The notes beneath the pieces were generated by a model. It was given only the letters and a program-made list of their open reading frames with translations, ran no database searches and was not told the DNA's origin. A program made the position numbers and the translations under genes. 64,000 nt of DNA, taken from contig CAMYJB010000024.1 of assembly GCA_947258565.1 (NCBI GenBank), forward strand, positions 7,553 to 71,552, read 5' to 3'. Positions 19,003 through 29,318 of the stretch are shown one piece after another (positions within the stretch are counted from its first letter, which is position 1; every line of letters begins with the position of its first letter). Source of the stretch: an uncultured Woeseiaceae bacterium (lineage in GTDB: Bacteria; Pseudomonadota; Gammaproteobacteria; Steroidobacterales; Woeseiaceae).

Positions 19003-20007
19003 TCAGGAGCGGCGGCGTACCGAGAAATCGGCGATGGCGACGAGGGCCTGCTTGTAGTCCGAGTCGGGAATTCCGGACAAGGCGCTGATTGCCACGTCGG
19101 CGGCTTCCTGAGCGCGCGCCGCAGTGTACTGGAGCGCCCCGGTGGATTCAACGATTGTCTGGACCCTCTCGAGATCGTCGAGCCCGCCCTCGCGGATCGC
19201 ATTGCGAATCAGCTCGCGTTCCTCGGATGCACCGTGCTGCATGGCGTAAATGAGCGGCAGGGTCGCCTTGCCCTCGGCCAGGTCATCGCCGAGATTCTTG
19301 CCGAGTTCGTCAGGCGATGCATCGAAGTCGAGTGCATCATCCACGAGCTGGAATGCCATGCCGAGATTGCGGCCGTACTCGACCATTGCCGCTTCGTCCG
19401 TCCCGGAGCGTTCTGCGAGTACTGCGGCAATTTGTGCCCCCGCTTCGAACAGGCGCGCCGTCTTGCGGTAGATAACCTGCCGGTAGGCCTCCTCCGTCGT
19501 GTCCGGGTCGTGTACGTTCATGAGCTGCAGCACCTCGCCCGCCGCGATGGTATTGGTGGCGTCGGCAAGTATTTTCATGACGCGCATACTGCCGATGTCG
19601 ACCATCATCTGGAAAGCGCGGGAGTAGAGGAAGTCACCGACCAGGACGCTGGCCTGGTTGCCGAAGACCGTGTTCGCCGAATCCTGGCCGCGGCGCCGCG
19701 ACGACGAGTCGACCACATCGTCATGCAGCAGCGTGGCCGTATGGATGAACTCGATAATCGCTGCCGCGCGCACATGATGCTCGCCCGCGTAACCGAAGGC
19801 GCGCGCGGTCAGCAGGACGATGAGCGGCCGCAGCCGCTTACCGCCGCTGGCCACGATGTAACGGGATACCTGCGAGACCAGCGCGACGTCGCTCTCGAGA
19901 CTCTTCGAAATCAGGCGGTCGACCGCCTCCATGTCGTTCCGGGCGAGGTTGCTGACGGCGTCGAACGTGACCGTTTCTAATGGTTTTTCTGCTGCATGCA
20001 TAAGCAT
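19003..20007 (-). CDS. ispB: octaprenyl-diphosphate synthase
   Basis: ATG 20007 (MLMHAAEKPLE...) preferred over the 20238 extension. Aspartate-rich motifs LLHDDVVD and FQLVDDALD. Divergent from rplU as in many Proteobacteria. Confidence 0.9.
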   Translation of the reverse strand: MLMHAAEKPLETVTFDAVSNLARNDMEAVDRLISKSLESDVALVSQVSRYIVASGGKRLRPLIVLLTARAFGYAGEHHVRAAAIIEFIHTATLLHDDVVDSSSRRRGQDSANTVFGNQASVLVGDFLYSRAFQMMVDIGSMRVMKILADATNTIAAGEVLQLMNVHDPDTTEEAYRQVIYRKTARLFEAGAQIAAVLAERSGTDEAAMVEYGRNLGMAFQLVDDALDFDASPDELGKNLGDDLAEGKATLPLIYAMQHGASEERELIRNAIREGGLDDLERVQTIVESTGALQYTAARAQEAADVAISALSGIPDSDYKQALVAIADFSVRRRS

Positions 20008-20118
20008 GCGATAATGCCTGAAAGAATCGTTCCAGGCGACCCGGGAGGGGCCCTGTCCGGTGCGCTCAGCGGCACCGCAAGCCTTTGAAAAGAAGCCGGA
20101 ATTTGCGGCTGTCCGGCG

Positions 20119-20147
20119 TTGACCCGGGGCGGTGGAATCTATAGAAT
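20119..20147 (+). promoter_or_regulatory. candidate sigma70 promoter of rplU-rpmA(-obg)
   Basis: TTGACC (20119-20124), 17-bp spacer, TAGAAT (20142-20147), about 120 nt upstream of the rplU ATG. Confidence 0.5.
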
Positions 20148-20268
20148 TCCCGCTCTTTTGCGATGTCCGCCGTGCGAGAGATCCGTGTCGAACTCGAGGC
20201 GCCCGCAAAAAATACTTGATTCTCAGTAAGTTGCGCAATAACGCGGCTTACGCGACGGAGCAAACACG

Positions 20269-20781
20269 ATGTATGCGGTTTTTCGCACCGGCGGCAAACA
20301 GTACCGCGCGGCCAAGGGTGACGTCCTGCGCCTCGAAAAAATAGAGGCTGACGAGGGCGCTACGATTACGTTCGACGAGGTTCTGCTTGTCGGAGAGGGC
20401 GCTGACGTCAGGGTCGGCGATCCGCTTCTGTCCGGCACTTCCGTCAGCGGCAAGGTTCTGAGCCAGGGCAAAACGAAGAAGGTCAATGTCGTCAAGTTCA
20501 AGCGGCGCCAGAACTACTTGCGGCAGGGCTCACACCGGCAGTTCTACACCGAGGTAGAAATCACCGGTATCAGCGCTTCCGGCGCGAAGAAGGCTGCGCC
20601 GAAGAAAGAAGCGGCAGAAAAGCCTGTGCCGACAGAAGAGGCCAAGGCCAAGCCGGCAGCGAAGAAAAAAGCAGCTAAGAAGACGGCTGCCAAGAAGACT
20701 GCGTCGAAGAAAACCACCAAGAAGAAGACCGCTGCGAAGAAGACCGCAGCTAAAAAGAAAGCGGCAAAGAAGACTTCTTAA
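20269..20781 (+). CDS. rplU: 50S ribosomal protein L21 with ~69-aa Lys/Ala-rich C-terminal extension
   Basis: N-terminal 101 aa MYAVFRTGGKQYRAAKGD ... HRQFYTEVEITGI is canonical L21. It is followed by SASGAKKAAPKKEAAEK...KKTAAKKTASKKTTKKKTAAKKTAAKKKAAKKTS. Confidence 0.9.
   Translation: MYAVFRTGGKQYRAAKGDVLRLEKIEADEGATITFDEVLLVGEGADVRVGDPLLSGTSVSGKVLSQGKTKKVNVVKFKRRQNYLRQGSHRQFYTEVEITGISASGAKKAAPKKEAAEKPVPTEEAKAKPAAKKKAAKKTAAKKTASKKTTKKKTAAKKTAAKKKAAKKTS
20662..20778 (+). repeat. in-frame imperfect 15-nt tandem repeat (about 8 units) encoding KK(T/K)AA
   Basis: Consecutive units aagaaRacNgcNgcN read directly from the sequence: KKKAA, KKTAA, KKTAS, KKTTK, KKTAA, KKTAA, KKKAA, KKTS. Confidence 0.8.
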
Positions 20782-20799
20782 CAGGATAGGTACAGATCA

Positions 20800-21051
20800 A
20801 TGGCACATAAAAAGGCAGGCGGCAGCAGTAAGAACGGCCGCGATTCGGAAAGTAAACGCTTAGGCGTCAAGATTTTCGGCGGCCAGCAGGTCACTGCGGG
20901 CAACATCATCGTGCGTCAGCGCGGTACCCGTTTTCATGCTGGCGTGAACGTGGGCATCGGCCGCGACCACACGCTGTTCGCAAAGAAGGACGGCCATGTC
21001 AGGTTCGAGCGAAAAGGCCCGAAAAACCGTCAGTTTGTCAGCGTCGAGTAG
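20800..21051 (+). CDS. rpmA: 50S ribosomal protein L27
   Basis: [24 protein letters not shown]...[10 protein letters not shown], canonical L27. 83 aa. Confidence 0.95.
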   Translation: MAHKKAGGSSKNGRDSESKRLGVKIFGGQQVTAGNIIVRQRGTRFHAGVNVGIGRDHTLFAKKDGHVRFERKGPKNRQFVSVE

Positions 21052-21089
21052 TGAGCACTGCCGCGTGCCGGCCGGCGCGATGATCGTAA

Positions 21090-22178
<1,089 letters not shown>

Positions 22179-22188
22179 ATTCCACTCC

Positions 22189-22211
22189 GGGCGACTTGCC
22201 GTCGCCCTTTT
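22189..22211 (+). terminator. rho-independent terminator after obg
   Basis: GGGCGAC-ttgcc-GTCGCCC-tttt, 11 nt after the obg stop. Confidence 0.7.
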
Positions 22212-22338
22212 ACATCGACCTCCTCTGACCGGACATAAGTCGCGATCGCTGTCACAGTTCGGGCCTAGAAGTCCCTCCTCGAGTCCGCAAATTGGACGTG
22301 GTTCTCAGCCTGAAACCCGCGTCATTGCTAGCATTTAA

Positions 22339-22377
22339 CCGTGGCCGTGGATGTCCGGGTAATGCCTGGAACCACGG
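22339..22377. promoter_or_regulatory. three CCGTGG hexamers (two tandem, one inverted) upstream of fimU-1
   Basis: CCGTGGCCGTGG at 22339-22350 and CCACGG at 22372-22377, 28-66 nt upstream of the fimU-1 start. The function is inferred only. Confidence 0.25.
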
Positions 22378-22404
22378 TACGGAGCTATTCGAAGCAGGGA
22401 TTAT

Positions 22405-22950
22405 GTGATGCGAAGGGACGGCGGTTTTACGCTGATTGAAATGATGATCGCGATTGCGCTCGTTGCCATATTGCTGGCGACGGCGGTCCCTGCGCTCGAC
22501 GATTTCACCAACGACGCCAGGCAGACAGGCGCGATCAACGACTTTATTTCATCGATGCACCTGGCTCGAAACACCGCCATCACGACGAATTCGCGCGTCA
22601 CGATGTGCGCCAGCGCATCGGGTACGAACTGCGAGGTCACCTCCTGGGATAACGGCTGGATCGTATTTGGCGATCTCAACAGCAATGGCGCGCTCGATGC
22701 TGGCGAGACAATCGTTTCCGCCTCGGCCGCCGTTGACGGCCTGAACATTCAATCGGGTGAATTTCCGGCGGCGCTTATGTACCGCCCCAATGGCCGGGCG
22801 ATGACTGCTGCATTGACCGGAAATTCCGGCGAATTCGCAGTCTGCGACTTCCGCGGGGCCACGCACGCCAAGGTGATCCTTGTCGAGTTGTCCGGCCGCC
22901 CCAGGATGTCGAAAACGAAGGCGAATGGTGCGCCTCCAACCTGTATCTGA
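22405..22950 (+). CDS. fimU: type IV pilus minor pilin, FimU/FimT (GspH) family - module 1
   Basis: Prepilin leader MMRRDGG|FTLIEMMIAIALV (G-1, F+1, E+5). GspH-like body with conserved Cys pair. First gene of a fimU-pilVWXY1E-type array. GTG 22405 or ATG 22408. Confidence 0.8.
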   Translation: MMRRDGGFTLIEMMIAIALVAILLATAVPALDDFTNDARQTGAINDFISSMHLARNTAITTNSRVTMCASASGTNCEVTSWDNGWIVFGDLNSNGALDAGETIVSASAAVDGLNIQSGEFPAALMYRPNGRAMTAALTGNSGEFAVCDFRGATHAKVILVELSGRPRMSKTKANGAPPTCI

Positions 22951-22975
22951 CCAACCGGGAATACGGAGACCGCGT

Positions 22976-23557
22976 GTGCTGAATACGAGCAACAGACTGC
23001 AAGGCTTTTCGCTGCTGGAACTGCTAATTGCATTGGTGGTATTCAGTATCGGTCTGCTCGCGATTGCAGGCCTGCAAACCGTGTCCAAGCAGGCGAACTT
23101 CGAGGCAGTGCAGCGCACGACCGCAGCGCAGGTCGCTAACGGTCTGCTCGAGGACATGCGGACCAACGGCAACGGCATCGCTATCTATGCCGCCGCGCCG
23201 CAGCTCGGGGGCGGGGTAATCGGTGCTGAGCCAGCCCCGAATTGTCGCGACGGCAATGAGTGCAATGCCGCACAAAAGGCAGCACACGATCTCTGGTTCT
23301 GGGAGCAGGTGCTGGACGGCAATCTCGAGACGAACGGCGGAATTGCCGCGGGCGGTCTCGTTCTGCCGTCGCTCTGCATAACCGCCCCCGCGGGTGGTGG
23401 TGCGGGGGCCTACACGGTGACGATCGTCTGGCGCGGCACGGCCTCGATCAACTCCAACATCGCAAACCCCTGCGGTACGGCGAGCGGCAATTACGGTGCG
23501 CAGAATGAGTTCCGGCGCATCGTGCAAATCCCCACCTTCATCGACCCCAATTTCTGA
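22976..23557 (+). CDS. pilV: type IV pilus minor pilin PilV - module 1
   Basis: GTG 22976, 7 nt after GGAG. Leader VLNTSNRLQG|FSLLELLIALVVFSIGLLAIAGLQ, typical of PilV. Confidence 0.8.
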   Translation: MLNTSNRLQGFSLLELLIALVVFSIGLLAIAGLQTVSKQANFEAVQRTTAAQVANGLLEDMRTNGNGIAIYAAAPQLGGGVIGAEPAPNCRDGNECNAAQKAAHDLWFWEQVLDGNLETNGGIAAGGLVLPSLCITAPAGGGAGAYTVTIVWRGTASINSNIANPCGTASGNYGAQNEFRRIVQIPTFIDPNF

Positions 23558-23567
23558 GCAAATCGCC

Positions 23568-24563
23568 ATGCAGAAGCCAGACACCAAATTGCAATCCGGA
23601 TTCACCCTGGTCGAGATCATGGTGGCGATGGTGCTGTCGCTGATACTCGGCGTCGCGATCGTGACGGTGTTCGTCAACAACAGCCACAGCTTCAGCCAGG
23701 ACGACAACGTAATGCGCATGCAGGATGACGCCCGCTATGCGCTACAGCAAATCGCCTTCGATCTCAGCATGGCCGGGCACTACGCGGAACTGCTGTCGCC
23801 GGCGGCCGTTACCCCGGATACAAACCTGGCCATCGGAATGGACTGCGGACCGGCAGGAGCCACGAACTGGGCTTACCAGACCACGCAACCGGGGACGGGT
23901 GATTCGCTTTCGCTCGTTGCAATCGACAACGTCACGAGTGCCCAGGTGGTGGCGGGCCACTCCTGTTTTCTCAATGACGAGGTGGCGCCGGGAACCGACG
24001 TTGTCTCGATCAAGCGTGTGGCCGGCGCCGAGGCGGCGGTATTCAGGGACGGCGCCGTCTACCTGCGCACCAACGGCACCGTGGGACTGATGTACCTCCA
24101 GCCGTTGACGGGCACGCCGACCGTTCCCATAGCGCTGCCGCGGACCGAGTGGGAGTACCGTCCGGCGATCTATTACATACGTCAGTGGGCTAATGTGCTT
24201 GGAGACAACATCCCGACGCTGTGCAGGAAGGCACTTGGTGGTGCGGGTCCGAGCATGCAGACGGAATGCATCGCCACCGGTATCGAAGACCTGCAAATCG
24301 AATACGGCATCGATACGAGCGGCGACGGCAACCCGAACGTATACATGTCGGCGCCGACGCTCGCCGAACTGCAGAACGTCGTCTCGGCACGTATTTACCT
24401 CTTGGCACGCACCACGGACGTGGACGTGCGCTACACCAACCAGAAGTCGTTTTCGATCGGCAACGCGCCGGTCTACACGCCGAACGACTCGTTTCACCGC
24501 CGCGTCTATTCAACGACGGTGTCGGTCCAGAACATCCGCAGCATGAACATGATGGGATTTTGA
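23568..24563 (+). CDS. pilW: type IV pilus minor pilin PilW - module 1
   Basis: ATG 23568. MQKPDTKLQSG|FTLVEIMVAMVLSLILG. About 330 aa, PilW-like size and position. Confidence 0.8.
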   Translation: MQKPDTKLQSGFTLVEIMVAMVLSLILGVAIVTVFVNNSHSFSQDDNVMRMQDDARYALQQIAFDLSMAGHYAELLSPAAVTPDTNLAIGMDCGPAGATNWAYQTTQPGTGDSLSLVAIDNVTSAQVVAGHSCFLNDEVAPGTDVVSIKRVAGAEAAVFRDGAVYLRTNGTVGLMYLQPLTGTPTVPIALPRTEWEYRPAIYYIRQWANVLGDNIPTLCRKALGGAGPSMQTECIATGIEDLQIEYGIDTSGDGNPNVYMSAPTLAELQNVVSARIYLLARTTDVDVRYTNQKSFSIGNAPVYTPNDSFHRRVYSTTVSVQNIRSMNMMGF

Positions 24564-24564
24564 T

Positions 24565-25077
24565 ATGAGCAGGCAATCCACAATACCCAGGAGCAGGCAG
24601 CAAGGTGCCATTCTCGTGATCGCGTTGATGTTCCTGATAGCCATCACGCTGTTGACGCTATCGTCAATGCGCGCCACGAACATCGGTCTTTACATGGCGC
24701 AGAACGAGGAGTCGCGCATCGCCGCCGAGCAGGCAGCGCAGGCGCTTGCAGACGCCATCGTCGCAAATCCGGGTGCCACGCCGGTATACGGATTGCAGGG
24801 TTTCACGGCCTGTACCACGGGGCAGACAGACTGCGACAGATACGATCTGCCGGTCGGGGACCCCGTGCTGGAAGCGGCCATCGCGTCTGATCACATCAGC
24901 GCGCGCGTCGAGCGCGTGGGGCCGATATTCCGGCCGCCGCCACGCGTCGTTGAATCGAGTATCGACAAATTCACGAGTGCGGGATTCCGGGTCACGACAA
25001 CCTACGACCGCATGGACGAAGGGCTGGGACGCCAGCAGGTATCGCAGGGCGTACTCGTCCTCGTGCCCAAGCAGTAA
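24565..25077 (+). CDS. pilX: type IV pilus minor pilin PilX - module 1
   Basis: MSRQSTIPRSRQQG|AILVIALMFLIAITLLTLSSMR (PilX_N-type, no E+5). Starts 1 nt after the pilW stop. Confidence 0.8.
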   Translation: MSRQSTIPRSRQQGAILVIALMFLIAITLLTLSSMRATNIGLYMAQNEESRIAAEQAAQALADAIVANPGATPVYGLQGFTACTTGQTDCDRYDLPVGDPVLEAAIASDHISARVERVGPIFRPPPRVVESSIDKFTSAGFRVTTTYDRMDEGLGRQQVSQGVLVLVPKQ

Positions 25078-25101
25078 TCCCCAGATTGGGAGTATTGAGC
25101 T

Positions 25102-28100
25102 ATGGACACCATTATCAGAAAGATCGCAATCAGCACGGCGCTTGCGGCGCTTGTATGCACGGTCGGATCGGCGCGGGCAGACGATACGGACGTCTACCTG
25201 AATCCCGGATCCGGCTTGCCGGCGGGCAGTGAGCCGATGGTAATGTTTTCGATCGACTATCGACCCAATCTCGGCTCCACGGCGTGCAACGGGAACGAGT
25301 GCGACACCCTGATCGCCGAAGGTTATATGAGCCCGAACGGGCCCTATACGTTCTTCGACGTGTTGCGCGGGGCGCTCAAGAAAGTGTTCGAACCCCTCGA
25401 GGGCGTGCGGGTCGGCCTGATGATCAATCACAACAACAATAATAATTGCGAAGGCTTCGGTCGCACCAACAAGTGCAGCAACGGCGGCTACATCGCGATG
25501 GGCTTCGAGCGCCTGGAAGCGAATGATGCGAACGGCGCGAAGGCGCGTTTCCAAAGTATCCTGGATTCGATGCCGACCCCGCAGGGCAACGTCAGCCATC
25601 CCTACCAGGGCAAGGAACTGTTCTTCGAGTTCTTCCGCTACCTGACCGGCCAGGGCGTCTACAATGCCCACAACGGATACACCGATTTCGGCACGAAAAA
25701 CACCTTTAATCTCGATACCGATTATCCGGCCATCGCCTGGGATCCGCTGATCGAGTGGGGGCCGAAGACGAAGCCCCGGTACGTCAGTCCTCTCGAGAAT
25801 GCCGGGGCCTGTTCGAAGGTCTACACCGTGAACGTCATGTTCCAGGTGTCCCAGCAGGAGGACGATTCTGATGCCGCGATTATGGATCCGGTCGGAAGCG
25901 GCGGATTCGGCTCGCCGCAGCGGCAATTCCCGGACGTCGTTCAGTACCTGTACGACGCGGATCTGGCGAACGGCAACTACGGTTCTGTGCCTGACCTGGA
26001 AGACAAGCAAAACGTCATCTCCTACTTCATCGTTGACGGCTCCAAGATCAACACGACGACTCGGGGCTACGCGCGGGCCGGCGGCACGGGCGTGCCGCTT
26101 GCGCTCAGCGAGAACCCCGATGAACTCGTCGAAACCCTGAACGAGATCTTCAAGCAGATCCTCAGCGTCAGCACGACCTTCGTGGCCGCATCGGTACCGG
26201 TGAACGTATTCAATCGCGCCGAGATCACGGACAACGTCTACATTGCGCTGTTCCAGGTTGACGGACAGGCGCGTCCGTACTGGGTCGGCAACGTGAAGAA
26301 ACTGAAGATCGCGGGCGCGAACAATGCTGCGTCGGCGGGTACGATCGTCGACTCACTCGGTGACCCGGCGGTCGCGGCCGATGGCAGGATCCGCTTCGAT
26401 GCGCTGACGAGCTGGACCGATCCGGTCCAGCTGCCGCCGGCCGACCTGGACGCGGGTGAAGTCAACGGCCGCGACGGGCGGACCGTCGCGCGCGGCGGCG
26501 CCGGCCAGCGCATTGCGGGCTTCCTGGGCGACGGGCCGCGGGAAGCAAACGGGTTCGGCGGACGGACGATTTACTATGACAAGACATCGTCGTCGCTCGC
26601 CGACTTCAATGTTGATCCCGCGACGGCGGCGGAACTGCAGCCTGACTTCGATGTCGCGACGGTTGCGGAAGCCGAAGAACTCATCGCGTACGGGCGCGGG
26701 CTCGACGTTGACGACCTCGATGGCGACGACGACAGGAACGATGCCCGCGAGTGGATATTCGGCGATCCGCTGCATTCGCGGCCGCTGCCCATCAACTACG
26801 GTGCGATCGGCGGATTCAGTGAGCCGTATAACCCCGGTATCTATGTCGCGGTCGCCTCGAACGACGGCATGCTGCGCATGATCCGCAATACGCGCACGAG
26901 CGGCGGTGATACCGGTGAAGAAGTCTGGGCATTCATGCCGCGCAAGTCGATGGCAGCGCAGAAAGTTCTGCGCGCCAACGGCACGGGCATGAAGCACCCC
27001 TACACGCTGGATGGGGCGCCGGTCGCATTCATCTGGGACAAGAATTTCGACGGCAATATCGTGGCCAACGATGGCGACCGCGTGTTCCTCTATGTCGGCA
27101 TGCGCCGTGGCGGAAAAGCCTACTACGCGCTCGACGTAACCTACCCGGAATCGCCGCGGCTGATGTGGACGATCGAGAAGAGCGGTGATTTCGCCGAACT
27201 CGGCTACACGTTCTCGAATCCGCGGGTAGGGCTCGTCAAGACCGCAAGTGGCGCGCGTCCCGCCGTGATGTTCGCGGGCGGCTACGACCTCAACAAGGAC
27301 ACGCGAGGCAGCGTCGGCACCGACGACAGCGAGGGCAACGCCCTGTTCGTCGTCGACGCCGTTACAGGCAGCCTGATCTGGAAGGCCCGCCGCGGTTCGG
27401 GTGGGGCCGGAAGCACGGTCTTCGAACACCCCGGGCTGACCGACAGCATTCCCTCGACGCTGACGGTAGCCGACACCGATGGCGACGGCTTAACCGATCG
27501 CATGGCCGTCGGTGACACGGGCGGCAATATCTGGCGTGCCGATATCGGCGGTGATGACACGTCGAAGTGGAAGCTGTCGGTGCTCGCATCCGTTGGGCGC
27601 CACGCCGCCGGCAGTTCCGGGATTGTCGACGACCGGCGATTCTTCCACCGGCCGGACCTGGTGCCGACCAAGGACGGCTACGGGCTGTTCGACGGCGTTG
27701 TCGTCGGTTCCGGCAACCGCGCGAATCCGCTGGACTCCGGCGGAGTCACGTCCGATTACGTCTACATGATCAAGGATCGCGGCACGGCGGTGGGCAGCGG
27801 CGTCGACACCGGCCTGCAGCACGTCGATTTCGGCGACGTTACCGACAACTGCCTCCAGTACGATCCTACCTGCAGCGTCGACCTCGAGGACGGCTGGCGC
27901 CTGAACATGCAGGACCCCGGGGAAAAGGTCCTGGCGACGCCGCTGACCGTGACCGGCAAGGTGTTCTTCACGACGTACCTGCCGCGCGGCGGCAGCTCGG
28001 CCACGGCCTGTGCGCCGTCCGAAGGCGCCGGGCGGCTATATGCCGTGTCGTTGCAGAACGCCACTGCCGTCATCAACTACGATACCAGTGACGATACGTC

Positions 28101-28323
28101 CGATGACCCGGATGCGCCGAACTCGACCGCCGACCGCAGCGTGGAACTGATCTCGGCGGGTATCCCGGCCGAGGTGGTGTCCATCCCGCCGAACAAGATC
28201 CTGCGCCCTGACCTGCAGATCGACGATGTCAATGCCGCAACCCGGTGGCGCACCTACTGGTTCCTGAACGAGGACGGCGATATCCAGAACACGACAACGA
28301 CCGGCGGAACCACCCAGCCGTGA
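25102..28323 (+). CDS. pilY1: PilY1-family pilus tip adhesin/biogenesis protein - module 1 (degenerate vWA MIDAS)
   Basis: Signal peptide. N-terminal vWA-like region whose MIDAS position reads SIDYRPNLG. C-terminal PilY1 propeller with the Ca-site motif DTDGDGLTDRMAVGDTGGNIWRADI. 1073 aa. Confidence 0.85.
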   Translation: MDTIIRKIAISTALAALVCTVGSARADDTDVYLNPGSGLPAGSEPMVMFSIDYRPNLGSTACNGNECDTLIAEGYMSPNGPYTFFDVLRGALKKVFEPLEGVRVGLMINHNNNNNCEGFGRTNKCSNGGYIAMGFERLEANDANGAKARFQSILDSMPTPQGNVSHPYQGKELFFEFFRYLTGQGVYNAHNGYTDFGTKNTFNLDTDYPAIAWDPLIEWGPKTKPRYVSPLENAGACSKVYTVNVMFQVSQQEDDSDAAIMDPVGSGGFGSPQRQFPDVVQYLYDADLANGNYGSVPDLEDKQNVISYFIVDGSKINTTTRGYARAGGTGVPLALSENPDELVETLNEIFKQILSVSTTFVAASVPVNVFNRAEITDNVYIALFQVDGQARPYWVGNVKKLKIAGANNAASAGTIVDSLGDPAVAADGRIRFDALTSWTDPVQLPPADLDAGEVNGRDGRTVARGGAGQRIAGFLGDGPREANGFGGRTIYYDKTSSSLADFNVDPATAAELQPDFDVATVAEAEELIAYGRGLDVDDLDGDDDRNDAREWIFGDPLHSRPLPINYGAIGGFSEPYNPGIYVAVASNDGMLRMIRNTRTSGGDTGEEVWAFMPRKSMAAQKVLRANGTGMKHPYTLDGAPVAFIWDKNFDGNIVANDGDRVFLYVGMRRGGKAYYALDVTYPESPRLMWTIEKSGDFAELGYTFSNPRVGLVKTASGARPAVMFAGGYDLNKDTRGSVGTDDSEGNALFVVDAVTGSLIWKARRGSGGAGSTVFEHPGLTDSIPSTLTVADTDGDGLTDRMAVGDTGGNIWRADIGGDDTSKWKLSVLASVGRHAAGSSGIVDDRRFFHRPDLVPTKDGYGLFDGVVVGSGNRANPLDSGGVTSDYVYMIKDRGTAVGSGVDTGLQHVDFGDVTDNCLQYDPTCSVDLEDGWRLNMQDPGEKVLATPLTVTGKVFFTTYLPRGGSSATACAPSEGAGRLYAVSLQNATAVINYDTSDDTSDDPDAPNSTADRSVELISAGIPAEVVSIPPNKILRPDLQIDDVNAATRWRTYWFLNEDGDIQNTTTTGGTTQP

Positions 28324-28343
28324 ACCCGACAGGGAGTTTTTCG

Positions 28344-28802
28344 ATGCCTAGTGAGAAAGCACCACAGAAGCAAACCGGCGTAACGCTCATCGAGCTGATG
28401 ATCGTGATCGTCATTCTCGCCCTGGTTGTGGGCTTCGCCTACCCGTCCTACATGAACTACGTCGTGGACACCAAGCGCACCGCGGCCACATCGATACTCC
28501 TGCAGGTGGCCGACCGGCAGCAGCAGTTCTTCATGGACAACAAACGCTTCGCGAACGACCTTACGAACCTGGGTTTTGCGAATAACCCGCTCGTGATTGC
28601 GGACGACGGGCGCACGATGGCGAACGCTGCCGATTCGGCAAGCACCTATTCGGTCGCGCTGACAAATGTCACGGCGACCACCTACACGATCACCGCGGCG
28701 CCGCTCAACAGCCAGGCGGCGCGGGATGCGGAGTGCGGCTCGCTGACCCTGAATCAGACCCTGACGAAGGGCAGTAACGGCGGCAGCGACTGCTGGAAGT
28801 AG
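28344..28802 (+). CDS. pilE: type IV pilin-like protein PilE - module 1
   Basis: ATG 28344, 7 nt after AGGGAG. MPSEKAPQKQTG|VTLIELMIVIVILALVVGFAYPSYMNYV. C-terminal Cys pair (ECGSL...GGSDCW). Confidence 0.85.
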   Translation: MPSEKAPQKQTGVTLIELMIVIVILALVVGFAYPSYMNYVVDTKRTAATSILLQVADRQQQFFMDNKRFANDLTNLGFANNPLVIADDGRTMANAADSASTYSVALTNVTATTYTITAAPLNSQAARDAECGSLTLNQTLTKGSNGGSDCWK

Positions 28803-28852
28803 CGGCGGGAGGGCTGCAGGAGCGCTTCTCGACGCGCAATTTCCCGAAGCAA

Positions 28853-28886
28853 CAAAAAATGCCGCCCATCGAGGCGGCATTTTTTA
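28853..28886. terminator. bidirectional rho-independent terminator between pilE-1 and rpsT
   Basis: aaaaaATGCCGCC-catcga-GGCGGCATttttt. Confidence 0.8.
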
Positions 28887-28902
28887 TCCGGTGTGGTCGG
28901 GC

Positions 28903-29169
28903 TCAGGCCGAGAGTTCTTTGATGCGCTTGTTAAGGCGGCTCTTGTGCCGGGCCGCCTTGTTCTTGTTCACGATGCCCTTGTTGACCATCGAGTCGATGA
29001 CCGGCACGGCTTGCTTGTAGGCGGCCTGTGCCGCATCCTTGTCACCGGCCTCGCAGGCCTTGATGACGTCCTTGATCTTGGTGCGCACGCGCGAGCGCAG
29101 GCCCATGTTGTGCTTGCGGGTCTTCTCCGCCTGCCTGGCGCGCTTCTGTGCCGACTTGATGTTTGCCAC
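28903..29169 (-). CDS. rpsT: 30S ribosomal protein S20
   Basis: [21 protein letters not shown]... canonical S20. 88 aa. Confidence 0.95.
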   Translation of the reverse strand: MANIKSAQKRARQAEKTRKHNMGLRSRVRTKIKDVIKACEAGDKDAAQAAYKQAVPVIDSMVNKGIVNKNKAARHKSRLNKRIKELSA

Positions 29170-29318
29170 TGGTGGTTCCGTGTCCTGCTCTCAAAGAGCC
29201 GCGTATTATTCGTGGCTGGCGGGTGAATGTCAACGCCTGATTCGGGTCCCTAGCACGCCCGGGCGCCCGTCCTAAATGCCTGATTCCATGAATTTTCTGG
29301 GCTAAACTGAACGGCCTT

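Noticed and set aside
25426-25446. Asn-rich run (NHNNNNN, aat cac aac aac aat aat aat) in pilY1-1 as a phase-variable slippage tract.
   Set aside because: The codons are mixed aac/aat and interrupted by cac. It is not a homopolymer or a perfect short tandem repeat, and any slippage of 3 nt would stay in frame.
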